Below, piece by piece: positions 22,776 through 37,649 of a stretch of 64,000 bases of DNA. The notes beneath the pieces are model-generated. The model was not told the DNA's origin, made no database searches, and saw only the letters and a list, made by a program, of their open reading frames with translations. The stretch lies in NCBI GenBank assembly GCA_964016885.1, contig CAXHJY010001118.1:1-64000 (forward strand), written 5' to 3'. A program made the translations under genes and the position numbers. This stretch comes from Eledone cirrhosa (Eukaryota). Position 1 is the stretch's first letter. Each line of letters starts with the position of its first letter.

Positions 22776-24699
22776 CATCATCATCATCATCAACGTTTAA
22801 CGTCCGTGTTCCACGCTTGCATGGGTTTGGACGGGGGTAGTCCCACTTGAGGCAAGAGTGATTGTCTTGCTCGCATAGGACTGTCTGGCAGGTTTTCTAC
22901 AGTTGGATGCCCTTCCTAACACCAACCACATTTACAGTGTGGGTCTGGGAGGTTTTTACCGTGTTGCCTACACGGCCACATTACAGCGTGGACTGTGTGT
23001 TTTTTTGTCGTGACACCTACACAATCTCATTTGTTTCGGCCTGGATGGCGCGGCACCAACATAACTTTACATAGAATGGGGTGGTGTGGATGGGGTGGGG
23101 GTGGTGGTGGTGGGACGGGGTGTATTTTGTTAGAGATGCCTACTGGCTGGAGTAGGTTTTACTATATATTTAGGTAAGGCGGGTCTTCTCTGTTACTGAG
23201 TACCGCCAAAGGTCTCGGTCCAGTGACATTGTCTTGGAGAGGTGTAAGTGTGTGATGTCGGAGTTTATCAGCTCGTCCCAGGTTTTTCTAGGTCTGCCTA
23301 TTCCGTGACTACCGTCTATCTTTATTGCCCTGCACTTTGTTATACAGCTATCGACTTTCATGCGCATCACGTGTCCATACCAACGTAGCTTTCTCTCGAG
23401 TAAACAACATCTGATCCCTCTTATCTCTAATTTTTTCCTTAGTTCGTTTATGCTTTGCCGTTCACGTATATTACTGTTACACATCCAGCGGAGCATGCAA
23501 GCTTCGTTCCTCTCTAGTCTGCGTATATCCTCTGCACACAATGCCCAGGTCTCACTGCCATGCAACATTGCTGTTCGTATGCAGGCATCGTACAACCTGC
23601 CTTTCATTTTTAGGGAGAACTCTTTAGCAGCTAATAGTGGTATAAGCTCTCTGAACTTTTTCCAACCAGTTCTGACTCTAGCTACAGTACTTTCAGAGCA
23701 CCCTCCCCCACTGCTGATTTTATCGCCCAGGTAACGGAAGCTGTCCACTATTTCTATAGAACCCTCTGCGCAATTGAAAGAGCTAGTATTTTGTGGGCAC
23801 TTGCTGCTACTTATTGCACCAGAACACCGGCCACATGTAAAATCTATGTTCTTAGTTAGCTTACCTGTGATCCCACTACATCTTTTATGCACCCATACTT
23901 TGCATTTAGGACATAAAATGGAGTTTCTACCTACGCCTTTCCTACACACCGAGCACGACCATTTCCCAGAAGGGACCGCCGCCTTGTTTTCTTTCCTACA
24001 AACTAGAACTTTGGTCTTAGCCAGGTTAATTTTAAGTCCTTTTGACTCTAGGCCGTGCTTCCATGTTTGGAATTTCTTCTCTAGCTCGGCCATTGATTCC
24101 GCTATGAGTGTCAGGTCGTCTGCGTATAGGAGTTCCCATGGGCAGCCTGTCTTGAACTCCTCTGTTATAGCCTGAAGGGCAATAATAAATAGTAGGGGGC
24201 TGAGAATAGAGCCCTGATGGACGCCAACTTTTACGCTAAACTCTTCACTATATTCGTTGTTAATTCTAACCTTGCTGACTGTTTCTTTATACATGGCTTG
24301 TATACCCCTCACAAGCCATTCGTCAACGCCTAGTTTTCTAAGAGCCCACCAGATAATGGAGCGGGAGACTCTGTCGAAGGCTTTCTCCAAGTCGACAAAA
24401 GCTAAGTAGAGGGGTTTACCTTTAGCTAGGAACTTCTCCTGTAGTTGTCGTACTATGAAAAGAGCGTCTGTGGTACTTTTGCCTGACACAAACCCGAACT
24501 GCATTTCATCTAGGTCAATTCTCTCTCTGATTAGTTGCGCTATTACTTTTTCCGTGACCTTCATGACCTGGTCGATTAATTTAATGCCTCTATAGTTACT
24601 CCTATCTAGGGCGTCTCCTTTACCCTTATAACAGTTAACGATGATGCTGCTATGCCAGTCCTTCGGAACAACCCCATTCTGTACGACTTGGTTAACTAT
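22776..24699 (-). mobile_element. Young 5'-truncated RTE LINE, near-identical to 6937-8820
   Basis: ORF 23170-24699 differs from the first copy by about ten residues; same 3' UTR and (GAT)n tail; 5' junction abuts (TA)n. Confidence 0.96.
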
Positions 24700-24866
24700 A
24701 TATATATATATATACACACACATACCAGTACATTTTGGGGTTAGATAATCATTGTAAATCCACTAAGGATTGTGTACATGTTTTATTAAAAGTCGAATAA
24801 AGAGTATTTTATTGAACTCACTGTTTTGATAAAATAAATATATATTACATACATATATGAAGAAGA

Positions 24867-24908
<42 letters not shown>

Positions 24909-25619
24909 TCTTCACCCACTTATTTCTGAGATGGTCATGGGGGCAGAATCATCAGACATACCCTACCAGTGGGTATATATATATTGGTATACTTTGGGAG
25001 GGTTATGTTGCCAATAAAAACACATGCACACCAATCAAGTTTCATTTCAGTTTATTATTAGTTGAGTAACTAATCCTAATCCATTTGTTAGTTAGTTTAG
25101 TAACCAGATGGTTATTTCATTGTTAATTGTCAAAGCTCTTTCATCACACATACTGTCACCATCTCAATGACTATTATTGCTCATCTTTGCTCTAATCTTG
25201 TTCTATGTACACCATCTTGTATTTTTGAGGTGTGTATGTGGTCTGCATGTGGGTTTGTGTCTATGTGTGTATAACTCTATGCTGCTACTTCTACAAGCCT
25301 TTTAGCAGCCTCTGTCTCACCAAACCATCAATCATTACCTTAAGGAACCAAAACGACACCCCCATTGAAAGATGGTGCAGGTGGACCAGAGTGACACAGA
25401 CCTCTGAAAACCATGCGATGAGAGAGAAGAATAGAGAGAATAAAGAAGAAAGTAGATAAGGTCAATTCGTGGTATGACACCAAAAAAATACCCGAGTGTG
25501 GTGTTAATTGATGCTACACCCAGAGGTGAACTAGGTTATAGATTTAGAAGGTTTTAGATAAATTAGAATTAAAAATTAAGATAGTAGAAATGCCAAGAAT
25601 TCCTATAAATGCCCTGATC

Positions 25620-28130
25620 AGTAGAACTTACCCTTTTAAGAAAATCCTTCATACCAATGCAGTCTTCTCTCGCGTACACCACTTCAGATTACTCATAAAC
25701 CCAGTTTTGCCCTCAGTTCATCCAAGCTCTGCCTTTCTCTCACATTAACATTGCACATCCAACAAAGCCAGGTTACTTCATTTCTCTCCAGCCTACATAT
25801 ATCCTCTGCAGTCACTGCCCATGTTTCAATACCATGCAGCATCATACTTTGCACACAGGCATCATACAACCGTTCTTTTGTAAGTAGGGAGAAAACTTTT
25901 GTTGTCAACAGGGGAAATAGTTCTCTAAACTTCTTCCATCCTATCCTTATTCTAGGTATTATGCTCTCAGAGCAACTTCCTCCATTGCTAATTTGGTCAC
26001 CAGGATAACAGAAGCTATCAACCACTTCTATGGATCCTTCATGTGACTGGAAAAAGTTTATATCACTGAAACTCTTGGCGTCAGTTACCCCTGTGCATTT
26101 TCCACATCCAAAATCTTCCCTTCCTTGTTAGTCTATTATCCCACTACATCTCTTGTGTACCCAAGATTTATATTTTGTATATTGTATAGTGTTTAGGCCT
26201 ACTCCCTTACATATTGAACAGAGCCACTTCCTACTCATTAGCATTTTAATTTTAGCTAAGTTTACTTTCAAACTTTTTGATTCCAAACTATTGGAACTTA
26301 TTCTCTAGTTCTTTTATGGATTCAGTTTTAAGGACCAGATCATATGCATAAAGAAGTTCCAATGGACAGCCAGTCTTAAACTCTTCTTTTATGGCCAGGA
26401 GAACTGTGATGAACAGCAGTGGGTTGAGAACCAAACTCTGATGAACTCCTACATGTACCTTGAATTTCTCACTAGACTCATTTCTTACTCTTACTTTACT
26501 GACAGCTCCTCCGTACATGGCTTGCACTGCTCTCACCAGTCATTCTTCTACACTTAACTTTCTTAAGGACCACCAGATAACAGATCAAGGTACTCTGTGA
26601 AAGGTATTTTCTAGATAAAAAAAAGCTAAATATAGCAGCTTATTCTTGGCTAGGAACTTCTCTTGTAGTTGTCTCACTAAGAAGAGGGCATCTGTATACT
26701 CTCAGATATAAAACCGAAATGCATATAATCTAATTTGTCTGTTTCTCTAATTAGCTGTGCTATAACTCTTTCCATCACTTTCATAACTTGGTCTATTAGT
26801 TTTATTTCTCTATAGTTGCTCCTTTCTAGAGCATCACCTTTACTCTTGCAGAAATTTATGATTGTACTGCTGTGCCAGTCATTGGGTATGACTCTGTCCT
26901 GTATCACCTGATTGACTATGTGGGTTATGATTTTGGCTCCTACTTCCCTTGACAACATTAGCATCTCAGCAACTATCACTGACAGTCCCATGGCTTTACC
27001 ATTCTTCATTTCCTTGATTGCTTCTTTGAACCTATAACTGTCAATTTCAATAGCTGATCCCTAAGTTAGGGGTAGTTTCTCTTCCATCCGTTCATTCTCT
27101 GCATTCATTAACCTCTCATAGTAACATTTCCAGACCTCTCCTGTTTGAGCATCAGTGTCATTTCTAACATATTTTTCCCCAACAACATACCAATTCACAC
27201 TGACACACTGCCTTGCAATGCAGAACACTTCACATCTCTGATCCTTACATCGTAAAATATTGGCAAACTTTCTTTTTTCAGCCTCATTCTGAGTTGTGCA
27301 TACTTGTCATGTAGCTTCTATCTTAGCTATCTGATACTGGTCTCTGCTACCCCAATTTTTCCAGTCTTTCCACACCTGTCTCTTGGTTTTAATGGTTCTA
27401 TCCACTGTGCTGTTTCCCCACCAGCTCACACTCTGTCTGGCTGGTGCTTTACTCCAACCACAAGTATCATCAGTAGTTCATGTTAGGTTGTCACAACAAT
27501 TTCCAATTGTCCACTATGTCATATATATAACTCATCTCCTCTCTCATCAAATGCATCTCATAGGCCTTTCTAAAACTATATTTAACAGAGAGGTCCTGTA
27601 GCTTCCAAACCCACCGTCTCATTTTCCTGCATATCTTGTTCCACCTTGTAATTATTCTGATGTCACTAATAACTAACTTGTGTTTGGTGGTATATTCTTC
27701 TCTGGGTAAGGCCATAACATTTATTACTGTCCATTTATTTCATTGTCTTACAAATAAAGCATTAATTTAGCTTGTGTGTTCACCTGATTGGTATGTGATC
27801 AGATGGCTGGCTGGTTACCTGAAATTTCTGTTGCACATGATTAGTTTGTTTGCATCACAGAATTTCAGGAGCCTCACTCCATTTCTTGAACCATAACCAT
27901 AGCCACCATGAACTCCAGTGAATTCTTCGTAGTACTTTCCAACATGTTCATTGATGTCACCTGTAACTGAAGTTGCCCCAAACAGTTCCTCATAGAACCT
28001 GTCCTTTTTTTGCTTTACTCAGTCCTGCCTGTGGAGCATAGGTAGAAGTAATTGTCACCATTCTATTTCCTACAGCTATTCTAAGCTTGATAATACTGTC
28101 ACTTACTCTAACTACCTCTTTCACCCCCTC
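25620..28130 (-). mobile_element. Old degenerate RTE LINE (APE and RT fragments)
   Basis: ORF fragments 25693-26025, 26288-26536, 26677-27009 and 27491-27715 are homologous to the 6085 ORF. Confidence 0.9.
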
Positions 28131-28146
28131 TATATATATGTATATT

Positions 28147-28181
<35 letters not shown>

Positions 28182-28394
28182 GAATATTAATTAATGGTTA
28201 ATTAGTCTCTAATACTTAAACATCTCAATGAGAGAAATCTCTCAGAGAAACAAGATTATGTATTAAAATCAAGTGACAAAAACTTTAATTATGGGACTAC
28301 TAACAAGATAGAATAGACAAAAAAAAAAATATTCTATATAACCATGCTGCCTTGCTAAAAGAAACAGTATGTATTATATCTTTATATCTAAGTT

Positions 28395-29020
28395 AAAGAT
28401 GTGATATGGTTCACACCATCTTTTGTACTTGATGTGAAAATTAATGTAGGTAGAAAATTCCTATCCCTCCTAAACCTCCACTTCCCTGTTGGCCATAAAT
28501 ACCTACATATATTCAATTGCCATACAGTGAAAATAGGCTACTTGTGTACCAATAACATTAAAACCCATATTACCAGCAAAAGTAAAAGCCCTCCACCATA
28601 TGGATGCCCACTAGACCAACAGTGCAACACTCCAGTGGTGATACATCAAGCAGAAGTTACCTCCATCAACCAGAACCACAAAACTGAAGCCTGACTTATG
28701 TCGGAACGACTGAGAGCTGGTTCAAAAACCAGTACATGAACCATGAAACATCCTTCAGAAAACCTGACCAAAAACATGCCACCCAGCTCACAAACCATAT
28801 ATGGAGCCTTAAAAATAACGGCACACCTTTTTCCATCAAATGGAGTATATTAGAAAAATCTACCCCCTATGTTAATGGAATGAAATTTTGCCGCCTATGT
28901 AACTCAGAAAAATGGAATATACTGTCTCAGCTGGCTTCAGATTAACACTGCTTAAATACAAGCCTTGACTGCTTTAGCCACTGTTCACATGAAATGAAAT
29001 ACATTCTGAGTAAATGATAT
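28395..29020 (+). pseudogene. Penelope-like element C-terminal/GIY-YIG remnant
   Basis: IWFTPSF..NVGRKFL..HFP..IFN..TVKIGY; CPLDQQC; YVGTT; NHETSF; IKWSILE; CRLCNSEK. Confidence 0.85.
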
Positions 29021-29182
29021 AGACCTGACTAACTAATTCCAATGTCAAGGAATATATTTTCTTTGAATTACTAATTTGTATGTCAAAGAATTTGGATTAT
29101 TTGAGTTATTAACTTAGAATAAATTTCCCTACTCTTGATATTGGTTTTGGAACAGTTACCTCCCTTCAACTTATCTCATAAT

Positions 29183-29370
29183 TGTTTCTACTTTTTGGCA
29201 CAAGGCCAATAATTATCCTAGTGCATTACTGGTACTTTATTTTATCGACCCCATAAGGATGAAAGGCAAAGTTAACCTCGGCGGAATTTGAACTCAGACC
29301 TTAAAGGGCCGTAACTATGCTGCAAAGCATGGCGTCCGACCGTCTACCGATACTGCCAATCCACTGCTAA
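29183..29370 (-). mobile_element. tRNA-derived SINE (family B, Meta-domain-like body); copies at 36308-36378, 37976-38145 and 58016-58195
   Basis: GAGTTCAAAT B box, then GCCTTTCATCCTT..GGGGTCGATAAAATAAAGTACCAG. Confidence 0.8.
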
Positions 29371-29474
29371 TAATTTTGGTTATTTACAGCTATTTTCGAA
29401 ATTACCTGCCTTTGAAGAGCTCTTGGATAATATGTGTGTGCGCACATACACACACATCTCTCTACATATATCCC

Positions 29475-32400
29475 ACTCCTGGGTCTGGCCTTGTCGTAGT
29501 GAGTGTCTTTGTGTGTTCCCTAAATCCGAAAGAGTGTTACTGTCTGGAGATTGCTCCTGGTAGGGCCACCCTAGGTGGGCTGGTTACTCAGAGGGGGTTC
29601 CAGACCAACAGTGACCTGCAGTGTGTCGGCTCGCTGCCAGCAGCCCCATCATTTAACTATTCCACGGAGGGCCAACAACCAGCCTAGAACACCAATATGT
29701 TACAAAACCGACCAGAAAAAACCTGACTGCCTAACATCAAAACAAACCCCTGCATGACCCCCACCAAAGAGAAATTGATTTCTGTCATAAAATTAGTGTT
29801 GCCACATGGAGTTTCCTGTTACTCCTTTGCCCTAGAACAGCCATCCTGCTGTCCCAAGAGCTATCACACTACAACATTATATTGAGGGGACTCTGCAAGA
29901 CACACTGGCCTGGCAGTGGGGAATTCAGTGCAGGAGACCACTGCCTCATTTGAAGTGGCCCTGGGGATATGATGGGCCTCTGCAGTGTGGCACTGGTTGG
30001 ACCAAGCAAATTTGTAAGTCACCCATCAACTGGAACCCAGTGAGTGACTGTTAGCTGTCCGCCCATTTTCCACTGGCACTGGAAGGTGACTATCATTGTT
30101 GCCTATATCTCTACAGACATTGCAACCTGCTTCAACAGGTCCTAGGACAAATCCCACCCCGTGACATCATCATCACCCTGATGGACACCAACACTACCAT
30201 CTTTTCTTCCACCAGGCTCCCTCCAACCAATCCATTGCAGACGCAGCTCATTAGCACAACCTTTGCTGATCCATCTACTAATGACAACGGTGATCACCTG
30301 CTGCTCCTCTGCTATTACAACAATCTGTGTATTACTGACACCTGGTTCCCCTGCAAACTCATGCATCACTGGACCTTGTACTGTCTGGATGGTTACACCG
30401 GGAGGGCAATCGACCACATCATCATCTCCCGTCACTTGAGATCGTTTATCACCAACTTCCAGGTTTACAGAGGAGCTCAACTAGGCAATACTGATCATCA
30501 GTTGCTGGTTGTGTCACTGAGGCTGAGGTTGCAAGCGGACCCTGACACCAAGTACCAGTTCCACCCTGACTCATCTTGTCTCCTTGATCCCAACATCACC
30601 TCTACATTTGCATGCTCCATTGCCAATTGCTTCAGCGTCCTGACCAAGGATGAGACTGACAAGTTGGTGATCTTTAAATCAAGTGTCAACCAGTTTGCAA
30701 GCGACGTCCTGGTAAACACAGGACTTCTTACCAAATGGTCGGAGATTTCACTGCGGATGCTGGAGATAACTGTTTCCACAAGGCTCACCTGTGTGGCAGC
30801 ATGAATGAACACTGCTGGCTCAACCAGATATGCAACAAGGCGATCATGGATGATTGAGAGAAGTTTTGAGCAGAAAAAGATGAGCTCCTAGAGACAGCAG
30901 CAAGGAACAACCTCAGCCAGGTATTCAACAGACTCCACAGAGCCTGTCCCAGTCCCTGGATCAAGACAGCCCTGGTGAAGGATACCAATGGCAACGTCAT
31001 CACCACTGAAACCACCTGCCTCAAACTCTGGAGGGAGCATTTCAGCCTTCTACATCACCCACCTGTCCCAATCAATCCCTGCCTAACCCTCACTACAGAC
31101 AACTGCAACCAACGACTCCTGTAGACTCAATCCTGTTACTTACCATGAAGTCAGAACCACTCTGAAGAAGCTCATCCCCTGGAATCTGCAATATCTCTGC
31201 AGAGATGTTGAAAGCAGACGGAGATAACATGATCCAGTGGCTCACCCATATCATCAACCATGTATGGGTGTCAGAGTGGCTCCCAAATGATTGGACTCGA
31301 GGCATTATCCTCCCCTTCTGGAAATGGAAGGGTGACAAACTTGTCTGCAGCAACCACAGGGGCATCACCCGTCTCTCCATCCCAAGCAAGATCTTCACCA
31401 AGATCCTCTTCAGCTGTGCATCTTCACAAAATTAAAGGTGGACGTTGCCCACAATATGCTAGATGCATTCCTAATCAATCCACCACTGACTACATTTCTG
31501 CCCTCTACCTCATTATTGAAAGATCTTGGGAGTTCTGTAGAGATTGCTGCCTTTATGTCACCTTCATCAACCTGAAGGCATTCTACATGGTTAACCATGC
31601 ATCCTTCTGGAAAATTCTCCAGCTTGTTGGCACTATTCTCAAGATCACCACTCTGTTCCAACGATTCTATAGCAGTACTGAGAGCTGTGTGTGGGTGAAC
31701 AGGAAGGATTTTGACTGGTTCCCCATCAACAGTAGGGTCAGACAGGGCTGCATCGCTGCCCCTGACCTCTTCAACTGTGTCATCGACTATCTGATGACCA
31801 AGGTCTGTGAGCGAGTTTCTGGTATTACCTTCGGGAATTATCATCTCACTGACTTGGAGTACACAGATGACAGCACCCTATTCAGCAACTCGATCAATCA
31901 GTTAAGAGATGCACTGATCATATACTGGGAGGGATCAACAAAGCTGGATGAAGACAAAGCTGACGCAAGTCGACAATGGCCTGGATTCTCCTCCATTTCA
32001 TATTGGCCCTGATGCCGTGGCTGCTGGGGTCATGCACTCCCTATGGAAGCCCCTTTGGCACCACTGCTTAATCTCCCAGAAGACAAAGCTCCATTTTTAC
32101 AATGCATCGGTCCTCTCCGTTCTCCTTTATGGAGCAGAAATATGGAGCCTCACAAGGACCCTGGCAGAGAGGATTGACCATCAAAAACACCACCATGTCA
32201 CCAACAAAGTGTTGCGTGCACACACACATCAGCCCACCACTGGCATGGACATGTCTTCTGCTTTCCACCAGATCATCCTACCAGGGCCTTACTATAGTTT
32301 GATGCAGTGGCTGCAGGCTGGAAGAGGCCACATGGCAGGCCCCACACCAGATGGCTGGATGTCATCAGGCTTGCCATCACCTTGGAGGATGCAGAGGAGC

Positions 32401-32520
32401 TGGCACGGGACTGCCAGCGATGGAGGGCACTGGTGGACCTGATCAGGTCTATGCACAATAAGGTTTCTGGTATCACTAGCTTAGGATGACCCCAGCCTCG
32501 TTGAGGAAGAAAAAGAAGAT
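29475..32520 (+). mobile_element. Degenerate near-full-length RTE-clade LINE of a different family
   Basis: APE (IDHII..NTDHQL) and RT (NHRGIT, VRQGC, LEYTDD, LLYGAEIW, GRPHTRW) fragments; (GAA)-type tail. Confidence 0.88.
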
Positions 32521-33199
32521 TATATACATATATTAATTTTTAACAGTGATAGCAGACATAGATACATCACACATCTTTCTAGCTGACACAATGTCCAGTC
32601 CAATTTATATCTGCCGTCACTGTTAGAAATTAATTCACACCACGAGGTATTCACACCACTTGGAACATGACAGATATAAAGGTATTTTGTACTTTATTGA
32701 AACTTGTACCAAAATCGATAGTTGGTAATCGATGATCACTTGCTTACATCAATTTTCAATCTGATTCTAGGGACTAAAATGGCAGTCGTAAGGAATATAA
32801 TAACTTTTCCACATTATAGTATATACGGTTTCCTAAATATTATATGCTTTTTATATAAATGTACAAAATACTATATGTTTCTTTAATGATATATGGTTAT
32901 ATACATACATTTTTAATTTGAATTATTGATCTGGACAAATGTCTATTGAGCTTTCTGCTGAGAAACATATTCATCATACATATATATGTCATGAAAATTT
33001 AGATTAGTATACATCATCAGCGTTTAACATCTATCTTCCACGCAAGCCTGTTACATACATATATGTGTGTGTGTGTGTGTGTGTTTCTGTGAGAGTCCCT
33101 GGTTTGATCGGGGGTAACCACAGTAAGTAAGGTACTCAATACATTAGTAGAGTGTAAACATCAAATTTCTAGTCCTGTAGAAGTCATTTCTATATTAAA

Positions 33200-33230
<31 letters not shown>

Positions 33231-36200
33231 ATAACTAAAGTTTCAGTGTATCAAACAAAAATTCCTTTGGTATTCACTTCCATCGTGGTTACATTCAAGA
33301 AGAATTGCTGGAATAGATATAACCAACAAAACCTTTGAAGATTGTTTCCCAGCATTACTGTAAGCGAATGTCTGAATCTAGTAAAGCAGCAAAAGAATAG
33401 CTTGAAAATTGAAAATTATTTAATGATTTAAAACCAAGCCATTTGGCAAAAAGTTTAGTTTTATCTATCACAAATTCCTTTTCTTCCATCCTTCAATTTT
33501 AGATTCCTTTCCCTGTCAGTTGGAGGGTTTTGCAAATTTGAGCATTTGAAAATCAAGTTGTTTTATGATAAAGGGTACATAACTCCTGATAGCGTTGTAG
33601 GGCGAGGTTCTGAAACACATTGGGCATTTTAAACCTGGTGGAGTCAATCTCTTTTCAGCCAGAATACAGCTGATTTCTTAAAGAGAAAAAGAGAGAGAGA
33701 AAGAATCGACTGCACTATTTATTTATTTACCTCAAAAGGCAAAGTTCATTTTTGTAGGTAACACTGTATATAGAAGCTTAATGAAATAACTATAACTATA
33801 TTTTGAACTTATGGCTATGTAGTCAATAAATTGGGAGAGGAAGAATATTTTTTTATATGTGTGTGTGTGTGTGTGTGTGTAGGTGTGATCCACATAGTTA
33901 ATAGTCCAGTACCTTAGGCCTACAGAAATCTTCCTTAAAGCGTTTACTGCAGCCATTACTATTTGTCATTTTCTTTTTCCACAGAGAGAACATGGGAGAC
34001 AACTCTTATAGGTAGACCTACAGTTAACAGATTAATAGCAACATAATGAAATGTCCAACTTAGATATTCAGAAATTTATCTATTATTTAAGAAACAATTA
34101 TTTAATTTGTCATACCATTTTACACTTCTGTTGATATGGACAAGCTTCATGCATATGAATTATTGTAGACCACATTTTTTTACTCAAGGTCATCCTTCCA
34201 GAGCTAACATTTCAACCAAGCTGCACACCTACACAATTGAGATTACTTATCACAATTTTCTTTCATTTTCATAGCGTGAAACTAATAACATTTTGTACTG
34301 CCTCTTCGCTTCCCCGTTGCTTTTTTGTTTTTTGTTTATTGTCTCAATTATAATATATATATATATATTCTATATAGCTAAGATAGCTTCAGTAGTGGTA
34401 CATTCTTAGCTAAATTCATCAACTAACTTTCTTTCAATGATACTCTATCTTCTGTTTCATACAAGTGATACAGATTCTTTTGTTTTTCTTACTGATTCTA
34501 ACCATATTCCAAACTCGATACTTTACCTTTCTCTATGTCACAGTATGTCTTATGTAATATCACCAGATCTCTACAACAAAGTGTCTCAAGCCAATAAGAG
34601 TGGTTCTACATGGCCACTCAATTTTCTAGAAATAGCAGTCAAATCTCCTTGAAATCACACCTAACCATCTTAAGAATGGACACATTGTGGTCTTGAGTTC
34701 CCTGCACATAGAAACAAAATTAAGATGATCACAGCTGGAATGGCATTGATCATAGGATCAGAGTTGACATGTGATTAAACAATAATTTCAACCAGAGTAT
34801 TTCTTTAATTCTTAACATCCTGTAATGCTTTAAAAGAAAATATCTATTTGTTAATTCAAATAGTATCTTTACTAATGAACAGATCAAAAAAATTTGGAGT
34901 AAACTAATGTAAAGTTTAATGAGACAGTCATAATGGTGTTTTGTACTTTTCAAGGATGTTTTGCTAATGCAATTTCATGTGGCACAACATGCTAAGAGTT
35001 AATAAGCTTGTATTACTTTAACATTCCATTGCTGTTTATATATTACAAGATCTTAGTATTTTGCAGCTTTTTATACAATATTAACGTCTAAACCCATGCT
35101 GGCATGGAAGATAGATGTTAAACGATGATGATGATGATGATTAACTCTAATACATCCTATTCCTATCTACAGTTCATTTATCGTAACCAGACTACGCTTC
35201 ACATTCTAGCTTTGCTCTGAAGGTGTCTGCTTGTAATTCTTATCTTTCATCTGGATTAAGCTACAAGAACATCCAATTACTCTGGCCTAAAATCTTCCTT
35301 CATCTCTCCTGCAAATTCAAATGCTTACTCTACTGTTCTCGCCAAGAACTATTCACCATCCCTTATTCTGTATCAATGGCATAGATCTCACTTTCTGAAT
35401 CATCGAAGACATCCTCCTCAGTGATTTCACCATGTTTGAGAAGTTGTGAGTAAGAGGATTCTGCAAAGTTGGGTTAAGTATGTAGCAAGCAAAAGTGCTA
35501 CTTTATCGCGGCGGAGTAATTTGCTCATGCTTGGTCAGTCGCCAGCCCTTAGGGTTGGTGGCATAGGAATACTATCAGTACATCATCAAATTGCTATTTT
35601 TATGAATTGTACCGTTGTGAATCTCTCTTGAACGCCTTTCTGCTACTATTACAACAAAAGTACTTATTACTAAAAGTATATAGAGGACTGGCTACAATTT
35701 GAAGGATGTGAAGGTTTGCAGGCTGTGCACAGTCAACAATGTTTTTTTGCTTTACAGTATTGCAGTAGTTAGTGGCAGGTTGCTGAAAACTGGTTTTGAA
35801 GATGAGAAAATAATCAAGAATGTTTAGAATGTTTGTACATCGGTCAGGAATACATATGAGGAATGATATTGTTGTAGATAGTTCAGGACTGCAGAAGATT
35901 CTGTTACTGCCACAGTAACATTGGCTCTTTCCCTCAAAGCTAGCAAATAACATATCACATCCAGCTAAGCATTCATCTCACCCCTCTTGTAAACCACACT
36001 GTGTACCCCCTTACTTGTATTTACTTGTACTCATGTCAGCATTCACCCAGGATGGATAAAACCAACTCCAAATGGTGAATTTACAGTATTGTAAAAAGAG
36101 ACTGCTGATGCATGGTGCTGATCATAGACATCTGATTTAGATATTGTTCGCCAGTCACACTTCCAGCAGCAGATACCAATTAATTTTGCAAATCTCTGTT

Positions 36201-37054
36201 GGTGCAGTTGTTCTTGTTTATACATGTTGGTTTGTATGTATATGATTTAATCTTAATTACATTTTGGATTTGTTTATGTATATGATACTTATTTGTATGT
36301 AAATAATTGTTTCTACTTTAGGCACAAGGCCAGCAATTACCCAGTTCATTACTGGTACTTTATTTTATCGACCCCGTAATTTGTATGTAAATAATGACAC
36401 TGAGGTTTATTCCTTTTGCATTGCCTTTTCATGTCGTAGTTTGTATTTTTCATCTTGGATTCATTTTGCTTATTTCTTTAACGGCATGGGTGTTTCCTTG
36501 ATTATTATTTCTTAGGTTTATATGTTGGGTTGTATGAACTAGACTTCCCAATGCATGGCATTATGTCATCTAAGTGGATAGTTTGAGGGTTTAACGTTGA
36601 GAGACAATGGGAGGGGTGGGGCATATTATGTAATGGAGTCATAGTCATTGCAGATGATAATAGCTTTGGTTTTATTATATAGAAACTATGTAATATGACA
36701 GCTGCAGCTTGATAATGTCTGTCTTGCCCATTTGGTGGCTACTGTGGTCCAGTTACATATGCTGATTTTGGGAAGATGGGTGGTCCGTGTTTGATTTGCC
36801 AAATTTGGAAGATGAGTAGTTTGGTTTGGTAAGAGTTCTGTGTGCAGGTTAGCATTTGGTTTAGGGTGTTTGCTGAGTGTTTGCAGACTCATTGGAGCAA
36901 TAACGGTCTTATTTACATATATATGAGGATCAGATATTAGCTCAAGATCTGACTTGATCATGCTAATTCACTTTTACAGTTATCCACCTTGCCATTTATA
37001 CCATCATGGAAAGGGCTCTTGTTTAACTACATCATATATAATAATGATAATAAT

Positions 37055-37258
37055 GAAAATAATTGGGGACAGTGTTCATGTGCACTACAACTCATCAAAG
37101 GTGCATGTTTAGTGCATAGAATAATATACAGATGTCAGGAAAGTGAACAGTGTATGAGTCATGATATACACACAGATACATGTGTACATGTGTATGGAGG
37201 GGGAATATCAGGTGTAGTGTTGGCAAATTTCGGGAAGCATGGAAGTTTTGAAGGATGA
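37055..37258 (-). mobile_element. CR1-like LINE 3' UTR fragment (further pieces at 37460-37545, 37872-37975, 38150-38243 and 41928-42016)
   Basis: gtgcactacaactcatcaa motif shared with 43650-43985. Confidence 0.7.
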
Positions 37259-37649
37259 GTTCAACTCATAGGTGGTAGATAAATGACCAAACTAATGGAA
37301 GTATGTTTTGAGTAGGAGTTGTTGGAAGAAACTGATCCAGCAGCACTGACAAATTTCAGTGTTTGGTACAAAATCCAATGTGTAAACATAGATGATTCAG
37401 CAAAGGCAAAAGAGGTAAAAATATATTAAAAAGTCTCTTAACAGGTATTGCACTAATAATAATAATGAAATATTGTGTACAGTGCTCAGGTGCACTACAA
37501 CTCATCAAAAAGTGTATGTATAGTACAAAGGGTAATGTACAAACATCATGGCCTCTCCTGTATGTCAACATTAATATTCTCTTCCCATCAACATTTCTCA
37601 TGCAGTCATTGAGTAAGAGATGTTTAAATTTAATATCAACTACATTTAA

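Noticed and set aside
24905-24965. Minus-strand CTGATGA...GAAA hammerhead candidate
   Set aside because: No stems I or III; the sequence matches a LINE 3' end like that at ~54700-54750
33515-34017. Possible minus-strand host exons with RING-like CPMC and CSKRF..RPK peptides
   Set aside because: Splice phases do not join into an open frame with each other or with neighbouring exons; needs RNA data
35430-36225. Cys-containing short ORFs, possible transposase relic
   Set aside because: No convincing motif or splice structure recognised
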